This document shows, piece by piece, positions 36,250-45,727 of a DNA stretch of 64,000 nt. The DNA comes from a virus. The notes beneath the pieces were generated by a model. The model searched no databases, was not told where the DNA came from, and saw only the letters and a program-made list of their open reading frames with translations. Each line of letters opens with the position of its first letter. Within the stretch, counting starts at the first letter, position 1. Location: the IMG/VR virus record IMGVR_UViG_3300037200_000067, positions 1 to 64,000 of that record. One strand, written 5' to 3'. A program made the position numbers and the translations under genes.

Positions 36250-36627
36250 ATGAAAATCTTTGCATTCATAGTCGCCGCAGTCGCGATGACATTCGCCGGC
36301 TGCGCGCAGCTTCAGACCCTCTCCACCATCGCGGGCGCAGCAAGTGCAGCCAATTCTGATTTGCTCGCAGCCAACACCGCCATTGCGAAGGCGTCGCCCA
36401 CGGTGGGCGCGTTCATCACCAAGCACCTCGCGCAAGCGGACGGGTATTTCCAGGACGTTGCGGCGACCGGCGTCCTCTCCGCCGCTGCGATCGCGCAGGA
36501 ACAAGCCGCAGTGGCGAAGGTCCAGAGCTACGCGACGAACATGCCAACGAGCGTTGCGGGCGTCGCGGCTGATCTGGCGCAGGCGTTTACGACCGTCCAA
36601 ACGATGACTCACGTTCCCGGCACCTGA
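36250..36627 (+). CDS. Lipoprotein (possible spanin component)
   Basis: Signal peptide with lipobox FAGC. Confidence 0.6.
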   Translation: MKIFAFIVAAVAMTFAGCAQLQTLSTIAGAASAANSDLLAANTAIAKASPTVGAFITKHLAQADGYFQDVAATGVLSAAAIAQEQAAVAKVQSYATNMPTSVAGVAADLAQAFTTVQTMTHVPGT

Positions 36628-37439
36628 TGGCGAACGGCGGCGGTCCATCCTCGCGGTCATCCAGCACGCCCAACTATGGCGTGCTGGAGCAGCGCGTCTA
36701 CGGGACCGAACGCAAGGTCGACGAACTCAGCGTCAAATTCGGCGAACTATCGTCGCAGGTCAGTCAGCAGTTCGGAGCCATGCGCTCCGAAGTCTCGCGC
36801 GATATTGAGATCATCGGCGGCAAGATCGACCGCCAACTCACGGCCGGCCGCGCGAACTGGACGGCGATCATAGCATCAGCGGTCGGGATTGGCGGGCTGC
36901 TCGTCAGCGTATTCGTCGTCGTCGGATCAATGTCGCTAAGCCCGATCCGGGAAAACCAGAGCGACTTCAAACAAGCCGTGCAGCGGCTCTATGACGAAAC
37001 CCTGAACAAGGCCGACTTCCGGGATTACGTCGCGGGAACGGATCGATGGCTCGGGAGCCTTCGGGACCGGCTCCAGACGCTTCCGCAAGAGTACGTGTCA
37101 CAACGCCAGTTGACCGAACTGAAAGAGCGCTTTGACGAACGCTATCAGATCACCACCAAATTTCATGACCAGCGCCTTGACCACGAGGACGCCAGAATCG
37201 GCGACTTGAGCGCCAATACGCCACGTCGCGCCGAAATGACGACCGCCGTGGATACGCTGAGCGCGCGCGAGACATCAATCATCGCCAGCCTGAATGAACT
37301 GCGGCACGACCTCGGGTCCGACTTCACGCTTGGCGACGCGGTGAAGGAATTGCAGAGGCGGATTTCCGAACTGCAAGCGCAGGGCAACGGGACGGCGATA
37401 TCCGCCGCAAGGTCTAGGGTAACGCCCGGCGGCGAATGA
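36627..37439 (+). CDS. Single-TM coiled-coil membrane protein
   Basis: TM segment WTAIIASAVGIGGLLVSVFVVVG flanked by coiled coils. Confidence 0.6.
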   Translation: MANGGGPSSRSSSTPNYGVLEQRVYGTERKVDELSVKFGELSSQVSQQFGAMRSEVSRDIEIIGGKIDRQLTAGRANWTAIIASAVGIGGLLVSVFVVVGSMSLSPIRENQSDFKQAVQRLYDETLNKADFRDYVAGTDRWLGSLRDRLQTLPQEYVSQRQLTELKERFDERYQITTKFHDQRLDHEDARIGDLSANTPRRAEMTTAVDTLSARETSIIASLNELRHDLGSDFTLGDAVKELQRRISELQAQGNGTAISAARSRVTPGGE

Positions 37440-37575
37440 TCTTCCGATCGGGGGCGGTGCCCTCTCGCTGCCTGACGTCACCTGTCGAAATTATCGAGAT
37501 ACCAGAAAAATGCGATCCAGACAGCCGCGACGCAGATAGCGACGATCGAATCGGCGAATGCTGTGGGCCAGTCCA

Positions 37576-38004
37576 TTATGTCGGCTCCTGCTCTGCGAGG
37601 GCGATTTTGGCGCGGAGAATACATGCGAGCATCGCGAGCGATGCGGTGTTAGCGGACGCCAGTTCCTTGATCTCGCGCTCTTCCGGCATGACTGCCGTGA
37701 ACATGCGCGCCATGAAAAACCCTCTACGCGGATGCGCGCCGCCGAAGCGTTCGATTGACCACCACCAGCCCGGCAGCACGCGATCGGCAAGCGCTATGCA
37801 CGCGTCGACCGACGCTGTGTACCGCCAGAGAATGAACTCAGGGGCACGTACTTCGCGACCAGTTAGATAGAGATTGATCGTTATGGGTGGGTCGACCAAG
37901 TCCGGAACCAAAGCCCGCGCAACATCAAGGTCTATCTTCCGATCCGGCCCGGTCGCCGCCTCTACGCGGGAGAGGAGAGATTGGAGGGTGGCAATATTGC
38001 TCAT
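37576..38004 (-). CDS. Hypothetical protein
   Basis: ATGPDR..D..., YTASVDA...L....LPGW and ..LA...CILRA pattern of a common alphaproteobacterial phage family. Confidence 0.65.
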   Translation of the reverse strand: MSNIATLQSLLSRVEAATGPDRKIDLDVARALVPDLVDPPITINLYLTGREVRAPEFILWRYTASVDACIALADRVLPGWWWSIERFGGAHPRRGFFMARMFTAVMPEEREIKELASANTASLAMLACILRAKIALAEQEPT

Positions 38005-38543
38005 GCGACAATCCTATCGAACAGAGGCGCGCCCATCATCGTTCTGGGGCGAGCTGCCATCGGCGCCGGCATATCGGAAGGATCAAGTCTCAGCGCCAGC
38101 AATCCGCCCTTGGTTTCGCCGGCCTCGGCAAAGCCGGCCTTTCGGTAGGTCCATCCCCAAGTCGGGACGCCGCGCACGAGTGTCGGGCGAACCTTCGACC
38201 GATCAACAAATGTGATCATGCCGAGCGCGGGCGACGGCCCGTAGTGCGCCAGTGTCGCCGCCACGGCCGCGCGGATCAACTCGGAGGCTTTGGCGTTGCC
38301 CTCAGAGCGGAATGCGGAGCAAACCCACGCGCCCGCCCATGCGTGCTTCACGAATTGAGCGAATGGCGCCGACGTGATCCAGAACGCGTCTGCTTCGGCC
38401 GTCAGAAGTACGAGGCACGAGCCCGGCGGCGCGAATTGCGGCGAATCCGGCGTCTGGCGATTGTAGTGGCGATCGGCCACCCGCTTGGCGGCCGGATCAG
38501 CGCGGTGCGACAAGCACCAAGGTTGCGGGGTCATTTCAGCCAT
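38001..38543 (-). CDS. Putative GNAT-fold / Mom-like DNA modification protein
   Basis: ADRHY.R, W.CSAFR.EG...ASELI..A, MITFVD and G.TYRKAGF resemble Mom/XF1762-type acyltransferases. Confidence 0.45.
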   Translation of the reverse strand: MAEMTPQPWCLSHRADPAAKRVADRHYNRQTPDSPQFAPPGSCLVLLTAEADAFWITSAPFAQFVKHAWAGAWVCSAFRSEGNAKASELIRAAVAATLAHYGPSPALGMITFVDRSKVRPTLVRGVPTWGWTYRKAGFAEAGETKGGLLALRLDPSDMPAPMAARPRTMMGAPLFDRIVA

Positions 38544-38615
38544 AGCAGGCCATCCAGAAGTTTTCTCGCGCTCATAAGCCGAAGCGCGCAAAGGTAGGTC
38601 ATCACCAAGTCAATT

Positions 38616-38846
38616 TCAGATTGTGTGAGATGATGCTTTTCCACTAGCTTTCCGAACGTCATCATTTTGTCCCTTCGGCGCGGTAAAAAGCCAAATCATG
38701 ATCTTGGCAAGCGTTGTGGAATCGCAGGCGTTTTCATTCTCAACCCGGTTCAATGTTGCCGCCGAAATGCCGATGATTTTCGCCAACGCGCGGACACCGT
38801 AGCGATGCTGTTCGCGATAGGCGGCGATGACGGGACCAAGCATCAT
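38616..38846 (-). CDS. XRE-family HTH regulator
   Basis: GVRALAKIIGISAATLNRVEN. Confidence 0.8.
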   Translation of the reverse strand: MMLGPVIAAYREQHRYGVRALAKIIGISAATLNRVENENACDSTTLAKIMIWLFTAPKGQNDDVRKASGKASSHTI

Positions 38847-38888
38847 GGCTTCTTCTCATTCCACGTGATCATCGCGGCGCGGCAAGTT

Positions 38889-39089
38889 TCAGTCATTGTA
38901 ATAGTCCTCGATCGAGTCATAGACCTTAACCCCGTCGATCCATTTGTACTTCGCCTGCGGCCATCCCATTTCGCCGCGAACCCACGACTGCCTTTGCGCT
39001 TCGCGATGTTCTGCTTGCTGTTCCGGCGTCATTGCGTCAAATCGCGCTTGGGCTTCGGCGACGAGTTTCTTGAGTTCGTCTTCGGTCAT
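38889..39089 (-). CDS. Hypothetical protein
   Basis: MTPEQ..E...QR.SWVRGE motif; operon position. Confidence 0.6.
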   Translation of the reverse strand: MTEDELKKLVAEAQARFDAMTPEQQAEHREAQRQSWVRGEMGWPQAKYKWIDGVKVYDSIEDYYND

Positions 39090-39819
39090 GGCTTCGGCTC
39101 GTTGTACGCGATCATCGCGGCGCGGGCGGCTTTGGCCTCGTTACGATATTCATTTATCACGTCGGTCCGCGGCATAGTCGTCGGGGTCTAAACCGCGCCG
39201 CGCGCATTCTTCGCGGGCCTCAATCTCGCGTTCTTGTTCCGGCGTAATGTCGTAGTAGCCTGAGTCGATTAGATAGTCCCCGAACGTGATGGCCATGGTT
39301 CAACTCTCCTTTGCGCTGTGGCCCGCGAGATAGGCTTCAATGTCGTCGGCGATCATGTCGGGGGTGACGCTGGACATTGAGACGAGGTGCCTGACACGCT
39401 GGGCCCCGGCAAAAATGCGCCTGCGATCCACCCCCGGCGCGGAGAGTATCATTGTCAGTGCAGCCTTACCCCAAATTTTCTCCGCTAACGCAATGGCGCA
39501 TGTGGAGCAACTGCCGTATCCCCATTTGAACCCTTCGGGCCAAAGCTTCGGCCTGCGAAGCCGCCATGCCAGCCCCCGCAACGACGGCTTGTCGAGATCG
39601 ACAAACAGATCGGTGGTTTCGTCAATGGTGATCGGGGTGTGCTTCATGGTTGAGGTTCCTTCCATCCAAGGCTTTTCAGAAATAGAAACAACGCGGCGAT
39701 AACTTCGGGTTCCAGACAAACGGCTTCAGACGCGTCGATAGAGTTTACACGCAACCAGATGTTCCATCCGTCAAAAGTCGCGTACACGCCGTCGCCAAGG
39801 TATATTTTTTTCTCGTCGC

Positions 39820-40215
39820 TCACGTCGCCCCTCCCTGCGGCTTCGCCGCCTCGGCCTGATTGAGTTTCGCGAGGACGGCGCGGGCACGGCGAAAGTCGCC
39901 AAGTTTGGTTCCTAAGCCTACAGTCGTGCCATCCGGTTGCAATTCCGTGCCGGGGCGTTGATATGCAAGCCATCGTTTGTCGGCTTCACTAGCCGCCCCC
40001 GCGAACGGCTCCAACGCCCCTGCCGCCTCCGCCAGCAGCCGGTCCTTCTCCGCGAGCGCGGCGCGGAGGGCGTCGCGTTCGGCGGCGAGTGCGACTATCA
40101 TCGAAGCTGCATTTTGACTTCCGTTGCCGCTGCGCAGGCGCAGCCAACTTGCCAGTGTGAACGCTGCTTCAGATGAAGTATCGCCATTCTTGTCGAGTTC
40201 CATAACGATTGTCAT
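39820..40215 (-). CDS. Hypothetical protein
   Basis: GGAGG RBS; ALEPFA...GDFRRARA pattern. Confidence 0.55.
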   Translation of the reverse strand: MTIVMELDKNGDTSSEAAFTLASWLRLRSGNGSQNAASMIVALAAERDALRAALAEKDRLLAEAAGALEPFAGAASEADKRWLAYQRPGTELQPDGTTVGLGTKLGDFRRARAVLAKLNQAEAAKPQGGAT

Positions 40216-40217
40216 GT

Positions 40218-40967
40218 TTAGCCTCCTGGTACATCTGGTGAGGGAAGGACGTCGGGAGAGGCGGGAGGCAGAGGAAGTGCTCGGATCGCAGCGGCGATTT
40301 CAGCGCAAAGCTTCTCGCGTTTGACGTTGTGATAGCCGGTCGATGATGATTGCGCTTCTGCGCATGTCGCCGCCGCTTCGCGCATCAGTTCGACGGCGAC
40401 ATTCGGCAAAAGCGGAAACGGCAACAACGGCTTCCCATCTTCGGTCTTGCCATAAGCAAGCATGTCCAGAAGGCGAATAAAATCTTCGTTGTTCTCCAGT
40501 CGGAAGGATTCTCCGATCATACCAACGGCTTGATAGCATTCGGCAATGACGGTCGCCATCGGGGCGGCTGCGGTTATCGCATCCCGCACCGCCGCAATCC
40601 CTGCGACGTTCGGCCATTTCATCGGATCGCCCGCGAACGGATCGCGCGGCCCGGCTTCGGTTTCCGCCACACTGAATATCCCGCACAGGACGTTGAGCGG
40701 GAGAGCTTCGCCCGCGCTCTCGGAAGCGCGGAGAGCGGAGAGGAATACGTCGCGGTGGCGGAAAGCGAATGCGCCAAGTTCATCAAAATCAGGCGCCGAG
40801 TCGATTGAGGGAACGCTTTCGACGTAGGCGGCAAATTGGTTGCTCAACTTGTGCATTTCGGCAAGCCCCTCGTAATACGTCTCAAGGTCGCGCTCTTGCT
40901 CGGGGCTTAAAGGCCCAAGCCGACCTAAAATCTGGTCTTCAAAGCTGCGCATCACGTCTTCCTCCAC
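40218..40967 (-). CDS. Hypothetical protein
   Basis: Long ORF in the minus-strand operon; REAAA..AE...EIAAAIRAL motif. Confidence 0.55.
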   Translation of the reverse strand: MEEDVMRSFEDQILGRLGPLSPEQERDLETYYEGLAEMHKLSNQFAAYVESVPSIDSAPDFDELGAFAFRHRDVFLSALRASESAGEALPLNVLCGIFSVAETEAGPRDPFAGDPMKWPNVAGIAAVRDAITAAAPMATVIAECYQAVGMIGESFRLENNEDFIRLLDMLAYGKTEDGKPLLPFPLLPNVAVELMREAAATCAEAQSSSTGYHNVKREKLCAEIAAAIRALPLPPASPDVLPSPDVPGG

Positions 40968-41432
40968 ATAGGATCGCGCGGAACGGCGCTATTCAGCGCG
41001 TCGCGCAGCGAGCGGTTCTCGCGCAAGGTGCTGGCGAAGCGCTGGACAAGCGCATCCCGATCCGTGCGCACGGTCGCAAGGTCATCTTGTAGGCGCTCAT
41101 GCGCGCCGACCAGATAGCCGCACGCGAGGCTCAGCGCCGCCCAATCGGCGTCGGCGCCATGCGAGTGCGCGGCATCAATCAGCGCGGCAACGGTGGCTTT
41201 TGAGACGTCAATCATGATGCTGCCCAAAGATAGAATGCATAAAGGCCGAACATGACGACGCCTGCTACGCCTGCAATAGCGGCGGAAACAGGAAGAGCAG
41301 CCACCCACGACAGCCACCAGAACAAGACCGGGTATTCGTCATCAAGCACCTCGACCATGATGCTGTAGACGACTTTCCTGACGCCGACGTACAGGAGCAG
41401 AGAAACCACAAACAGAACGATTGTCGATGCCA

Positions 41433-41630
41433 TCAGGCGACCCTCTTTTTCGCGCTGCGGCGTCTGTCGTCCAGCATCCACAAGAGGATGCGGGCAAGCG
41501 TCCGGCTGTCGCACGCATGGCCATTTTCGACGCGGCTGAGCGTTGACACCGGAACGCCGATCTCTTTCGCCAGTTCGCGGACGTTGCAGCGGTCGTAGCG
41601 ATAGGCGCGGAGGACGTCGCCGAGTTTCAT
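41433..41630 (-). CDS. XRE-family HTH regulator (paralogue of 38616..38846)
   Basis: NVRELAKEIGVPVSTLSRVENGHACDSRTLARILLW. Confidence 0.8.
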   Translation of the reverse strand: MKLGDVLRAYRYDRCNVRELAKEIGVPVSTLSRVENGHACDSRTLARILLWMLDDRRRSAKKRVA

Positions 41631-41799
41631 TTCTTGACGTCCTTTTCTTTTGTCGGAGCGACATTGGCGCGCGGCGATACGATGGCTGCGAGCAGAACGA
41701 TGGCGATCTTCGTAAGGGCGCTCAGCGCCGCTCCGACCATAAGGAGAATGAACACGGCAAACCAGAAGCCCCAATGGCGGTCGATGAATTCGAGAAACG

Positions 41800-42204
41800 T
41801 CATGGCTGCTCCCGATCCAAGCCCCAAACTCTCACCGAAAGCTGATGGAACCGCCTGCTGTAGCCGGTGTCTTTCGCGAGAAACCGCAAGCGGAACTCTT
41901 CGTCGACTGTCTCGCCGTACATCTGACCATCGCAGCCGTTCCCTGCGCCGAGGACCGCTTTGGCGGCTTCTCGCATCCTCTCGGCGCCATGGATGCGCGT
42001 GCGCACCGGCGCCCAGAGCGCGGGCGACTCAATGACGCCGCATGTTCCGCGCCCGTCTTCATGCTCGTGCAGCGCCGGGCACGGCAGCGCGTGATCCTCG
42101 CCAAACAACTCGGCGCCGATCGGGCAAAGAGCCTCGCGGCAGCACATACCGCACGCGTTGCAGGCCGATCCGTAGGGCACTTTCTGTATGGCTGGCGCGG
42201 TCAT
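41800..42204 (-). CDS. CxxCxxCC cysteine-cluster protein
   Basis: ACNACGMCC...C...CPAL...CG. Confidence 0.65.
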   Translation of the reverse strand: MTAPAIQKVPYGSACNACGMCCREALCPIGAELFGEDHALPCPALHEHEDGRGTCGVIESPALWAPVRTRIHGAERMREAAKAVLGAGNGCDGQMYGETVDEEFRLRFLAKDTGYSRRFHQLSVRVWGLDREQP

Positions 42205-42587
42205 GCGGACTCCTGCTCTGCGCCAAAGATCGCTTCATCCTCTTGCGCGGCGATAGCGCGGCCTGTGGACCCAGGGTCGATCGGGAACTGGCCCGGTTGC
42301 AACGGATCGGGCGAACGCTTCTGGACGCCTTCCTCAATGTGGCCATTGCGCACGCGCCGGAAACTCCCTTGCGACCGCCGCAGCGCCGCGATCCGGCTCC
42401 CGACGATTTCAAAGACGTCCGCCAGTTCGACGTCTTCACGCGTCATGGCCGCTTCGACTTGTTCACGCGTCAAACCGACCAGGCGCGCATGGGAGAGCTT
42501 GCGCTCGTGCGCGCGGCATTCGTCTTCCGATGCGAATTCGACGCCGTCGAACGCTTCGTATTTTGTGATTGTCTTCATGGTCCCCAT
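42201..42587 (-). CDS. Hypothetical protein
   Basis: YEAFDGVEF.SEDECRAHE motif. Confidence 0.6.
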   Translation of the reverse strand: MGTMKTITKYEAFDGVEFASEDECRAHERKLSHARLVGLTREQVEAAMTREDVELADVFEIVGSRIAALRRSQGSFRRVRNGHIEEGVQKRSPDPLQPGQFPIDPGSTGRAIAAQEDEAIFGAEQESA

Positions 42588-42937
42588 CCGAGTGGCGCAA
42601 AAAATCCGCCGTAGTAAAGAACGACGCCTGTAATGAATTCGACAATGAAACGCGCGAGCGGGTTGAAGTTACCACCAAGGGGCTCGCCAGACTTGGCGAT
42701 ATGGACGCCAATGGCGATGCAGGTCACGCCAAGGTAGATGTACTGAGGCCAATGCGCGATCATGCTGGCGCTCCTGCCCTGGCGAGGATGGCGTTGCGCA
42801 TCGCCTGGATTTCAAGCATCCTGTCGTAAAGCCCTTGTGTCAGGCGAGGCATTTCGTTGCGCCAGTCGCCAGTCAAAACTAGGGCCGCTTCCCATTGTTC
42901 GTAGGCGCGAAGCACGGCGATCATTTCATCCCGCTCT

Positions 42938-43348
42938 TTATCGGCCATTTCCAGTCCCCTTCACTTTCCCGATATCCCTGAATAACTGGCGCGGCGGCAG
43001 GGACGGCTTTGTGACCGGCCGCTCTGGTTTCTCCCGCGATGGAATCGACGCCTTGTTCGGCTTCTCCGCGCCAAGGTGACGCGCTTCGGTGTTGACGGCT
43101 TTGGCGATGACCTTGCGGTCGATCTTGGTTTTGGCCTTGTGGCAGGGGATGCAGAGCAGCTTGCCGTCAGCGGCCTTCAGCGCGCGCTTCTGGACCACGA
43201 GGGCGTCGGCGACGGTGTGATCGATCTCGAATTTCGTGCATGGCCGCTCGCACGACGCTTCCTCGCAATAGATCACGTTATGACGCGTGGCTCTCTTGAT
43301 GATCTCGACCTGGACGCGCTGCGTGAAATTGAGCCGCTTCATGGGCAA
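42938..43348 (-). CDS. HNH endonuclease
   Basis: YCE...C...FEIDH...LLCIPCH..KT. Confidence 0.75.
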   Translation of the reverse strand: MPMKRLNFTQRVQVEIIKRATRHNVIYCEEASCERPCTKFEIDHTVADALVVQKRALKAADGKLLCIPCHKAKTKIDRKVIAKAVNTEARHLGAEKPNKASIPSREKPERPVTKPSLPPRQLFRDIGKVKGTGNGR

Positions 43349-43713
43349 CCTCGCTCAATCCATACCCGCTTGCCGGATGCGATCACGGCGCGCGCGTTCG
43401 GGTCAGGATTCCGCCGCCACATGGCGCGCATGGCCCGCGTCATTTCGCGATACTGCTCGCCACAATCATAGCCCGTGCAAAGAACTGGCGCGCTCCCATG
43501 AATCGTGCATCCGTTCGGCCCAAGATAGAAACAGTCGCCGTTTTCCTTGTGCGCGAGCATCTTCGCCGGCTGATGCGTGATCGGGTTGACGGTGTCGACG
43601 GTCTGGTAGCGCTCGACGACGTAGCCGTCCTCCGGACGCAGGATGATCATAATGCCGCCTTTGCAGCAGGCAGTGCAGCCGTTGCAGTTGACGGTCGCGG
43701 GGAGCTTGGTCAT
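43339..43713 (-). CDS. YkgJ-family (CxxCxxCC) cysteine-cluster protein
   Basis: CNGCTACC...GDCFYL...GCTIH...P.LC..YDC. Confidence 0.8.
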   Translation of the reverse strand: MTKLPATVNCNGCTACCKGGIMIILRPEDGYVVERYQTVDTVNPITHQPAKMLAHKENGDCFYLGPNGCTIHGSAPVLCTGYDCGEQYREMTRAMRAMWRRNPDPNARAVIASGKRVWIERGCP

Positions 43714-44297
43714 GCGCGGATGATCTCTTTCAGCGCCTTGTCGCGCGCAGCGTTTAGTTCGGCCATCGCCGCCTGGGAACCGCCGCGATCAGGATGACGG
43801 TCCTTGGCGAGACGCCGGTAAGCGGCCTCGATCGCTTCTCGCGATGCGTCCTTTCGGCACTCGAGAATGTCCCACCACTCGCGCGGCGCCGGCAACTGGA
43901 CAAAGCCGCGAAACATTTCCGCGACTGTCGCGACGCCATGGCGCTCGATCGCGCGCGTCGCTTCAATGTGAGCCGCGATGGCGGCAAGGTTCTGAGCGAC
44001 CTTTTTATAGGTCTGGCACGGCAGACACGTTGATTTGCCGTCGAGTTGGAAATAGACGGCGACGGCAGGATCGCCCGGTTCTCCTTGACCCGATCGTGGC
44101 AGGCCGTCCGCACGCAAGGGAATGTTGGTGCTGACCACGACGTTCTTGGCTCCGAGGAGGAACAGTTGGCGATGGAGACGGTCAAGCGCGACGCTGACGG
44201 TCAGTGTCGATCCGCCTTTTGAGAACGAGCCGAATCGCTTGGGGAGTTCGCGCGCCCGGCCAGCGGGCCACTGGAGCGGATAGGCGGAAATGCTCAC
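43710..44297 (-). CDS. J-domain (DnaJ-like) protein
   Basis: C-terminal WWDIL...IEAAYRRLAKDRHPDRGGS...MAELN.A; N-terminal YPLQWP.G domain. Confidence 0.85.
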   Translation of the reverse strand: MSISAYPLQWPAGRARELPKRFGSFSKGGSTLTVSVALDRLHRQLFLLGAKNVVVSTNIPLRADGLPRSGQGEPGDPAVAVYFQLDGKSTCLPCQTYKKVAQNLAAIAAHIEATRAIERHGVATVAEMFRGFVQLPAPREWWDILECRKDASREAIEAAYRRLAKDRHPDRGGSQAAMAELNAARDKALKEIIRA

Positions 44298-44558
44298 TCG
44301 GATTTCTCCGCGCGCGCGCCGCCCTCGACGGCGTCCGCTGGCGGCTTGATGCCGTCCAACGTCCGCCTCAGATGGCCCACGATGGCGAAGTGCTGCCCCG
44401 TCGCGACCATCATGGCTACAATGCCGTCGATCGCGCCCAGCGACCGCCCAGCCGCTTCCATTGGCCCTCCCGCGAGAAGCCCGTCGCTGAAAATCTCTGC
44501 GCCCAGCTTCCTGCCCGCGCGAATGTGCGCCGCAGCGACGCCGAGCGCCCCAAGCCCG

Positions 44559-45092
44559 TCAGCTTTCTGATTCTGGTCCACCGATCCTCCTCTCGACGCC
44601 GACCAGCGCCTCCAGATAATTCAGCACGTCCTCTTTGGAGCGCTGGAATTCGTCTTTCGTCATGCGGTGCTGCTTTTGCGAGCGCGGCGTCAGTTCAGTA
44701 ACGACGTCGCCGTGGATTGTGACGATGGAATATTGCTGGTCTTCGTCGTCGTCGTCGGGGCGCGAGCGCACGAAAGCGGCGAAGCGCCGCGCCTCACGCG
44801 GGTCCGACGCGATGAATTGCCGGGAATTTGCCCAGCCCGTGGCGACGAGGGCGTGCTTGCGGAGCGCGGTTTCGGACTTGTATTGCGCGGACAGGTGATC
44901 GGGCAGGGACATCCAAATGTCGCGGATGCGGGCAAAGTAATGCGCTCTAGATCGAGCGCTCGTTCCCTCCGAAATTTCCAGACGATAGAATTGACCGACG
45001 ACGAGTTTAGCGTCGCATTCTTTCATGAAGCGGCGCGCGGGCTCGAAAGCGGTCCCGCTCCATTGGGCCATTATCGGCGCAGGCGTGCTCAC
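44559..45092 (-). CDS. Putative recombination accessory protein (NinB-like)
   Basis: S.RS..HYFA.I..IW...E.LRK..L and S......M.K.EF pattern; located in the recombination module. Confidence 0.45.
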   Translation of the reverse strand: MSTPAPIMAQWSGTAFEPARRFMKECDAKLVVGQFYRLEISEGTSARSRAHYFARIRDIWMSLPDHLSAQYKSETALRKHALVATGWANSRQFIASDPREARRFAAFVRSRPDDDDEDQQYSIVTIHGDVVTELTPRSQKQHRMTKDEFQRSKEDVLNYLEALVGVERRIGGPESES

Positions 45093-45105
45093 GTTCGGCA
45101 ATCCA

Positions 45106-45723
45106 TCAGTCAATGTAAAGCACGCCAAGGCGCGCCATGTTCTCGGGGGACTCGGCGGTCTGGCGCAGGAGCGCGGTGATCGCGCCGGGACAAACATAGA
45201 AGCCTTGGTTCCCGTACTTCATCATGCGGCGCACGGACGCGACCGGGTACGTGATCTTGTGAACGGCGAGGCGCTTGCGGCCCAAGTCCCAAAGGGAGTG
45301 GTCGCCCGTCACAAGGCTTTCGCCGTCAAACGCGAACTGGCAGATGGTGAAGTCGAAACTGTCGATGACGGCTTCGGCGCTGTTGTAATATTGGAATTTG
45401 ATGCACTGAATATCACGCTCAGCCGTCTCGTCAGGCAATTTTCCCTTGTAGTGGATATGGTGCTCGCTCTCGCGGAGCTTCGTCAGCCCCATCGCGTCAA
45501 TAGACGACGTGAATGAAGCGAGTTGCGACTCGTCCCGAAAGAAGAAATCAAAGTCGCTCTTAACGTCCTCGTTGAGCAGCGTTCGGCGCACGGCGCCGCC
45601 AGCAAGCCACGGCCCTTGCGGCGAGATAGGAAAGCCCTTGCGGAGTACCTTCGCCATGTCTGTTTCCTCGAGTCCTCTGTCGGAGGATCGCGCGACGAAT
45701 TGCGCCATATCGTGCTTGCTCAT
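45106..45723 (-). CDS. Nucleotidyltransferase, CCA-adding / poly(A) polymerase head-like
   Basis: WLAGGAVRR...SDFDFFF and IDSFDFTICQFA motifs. Confidence 0.75.
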   Translation of the reverse strand: MSKHDMAQFVARSSDRGLEETDMAKVLRKGFPISPQGPWLAGGAVRRTLLNEDVKSDFDFFFRDESQLASFTSSIDAMGLTKLRESEHHIHYKGKLPDETAERDIQCIKFQYYNSAEAVIDSFDFTICQFAFDGESLVTGDHSLWDLGRKRLAVHKITYPVASVRRMMKYGNQGFYVCPGAITALLRQTAESPENMARLGVLYID

Positions 45724-45727
45724 GATC

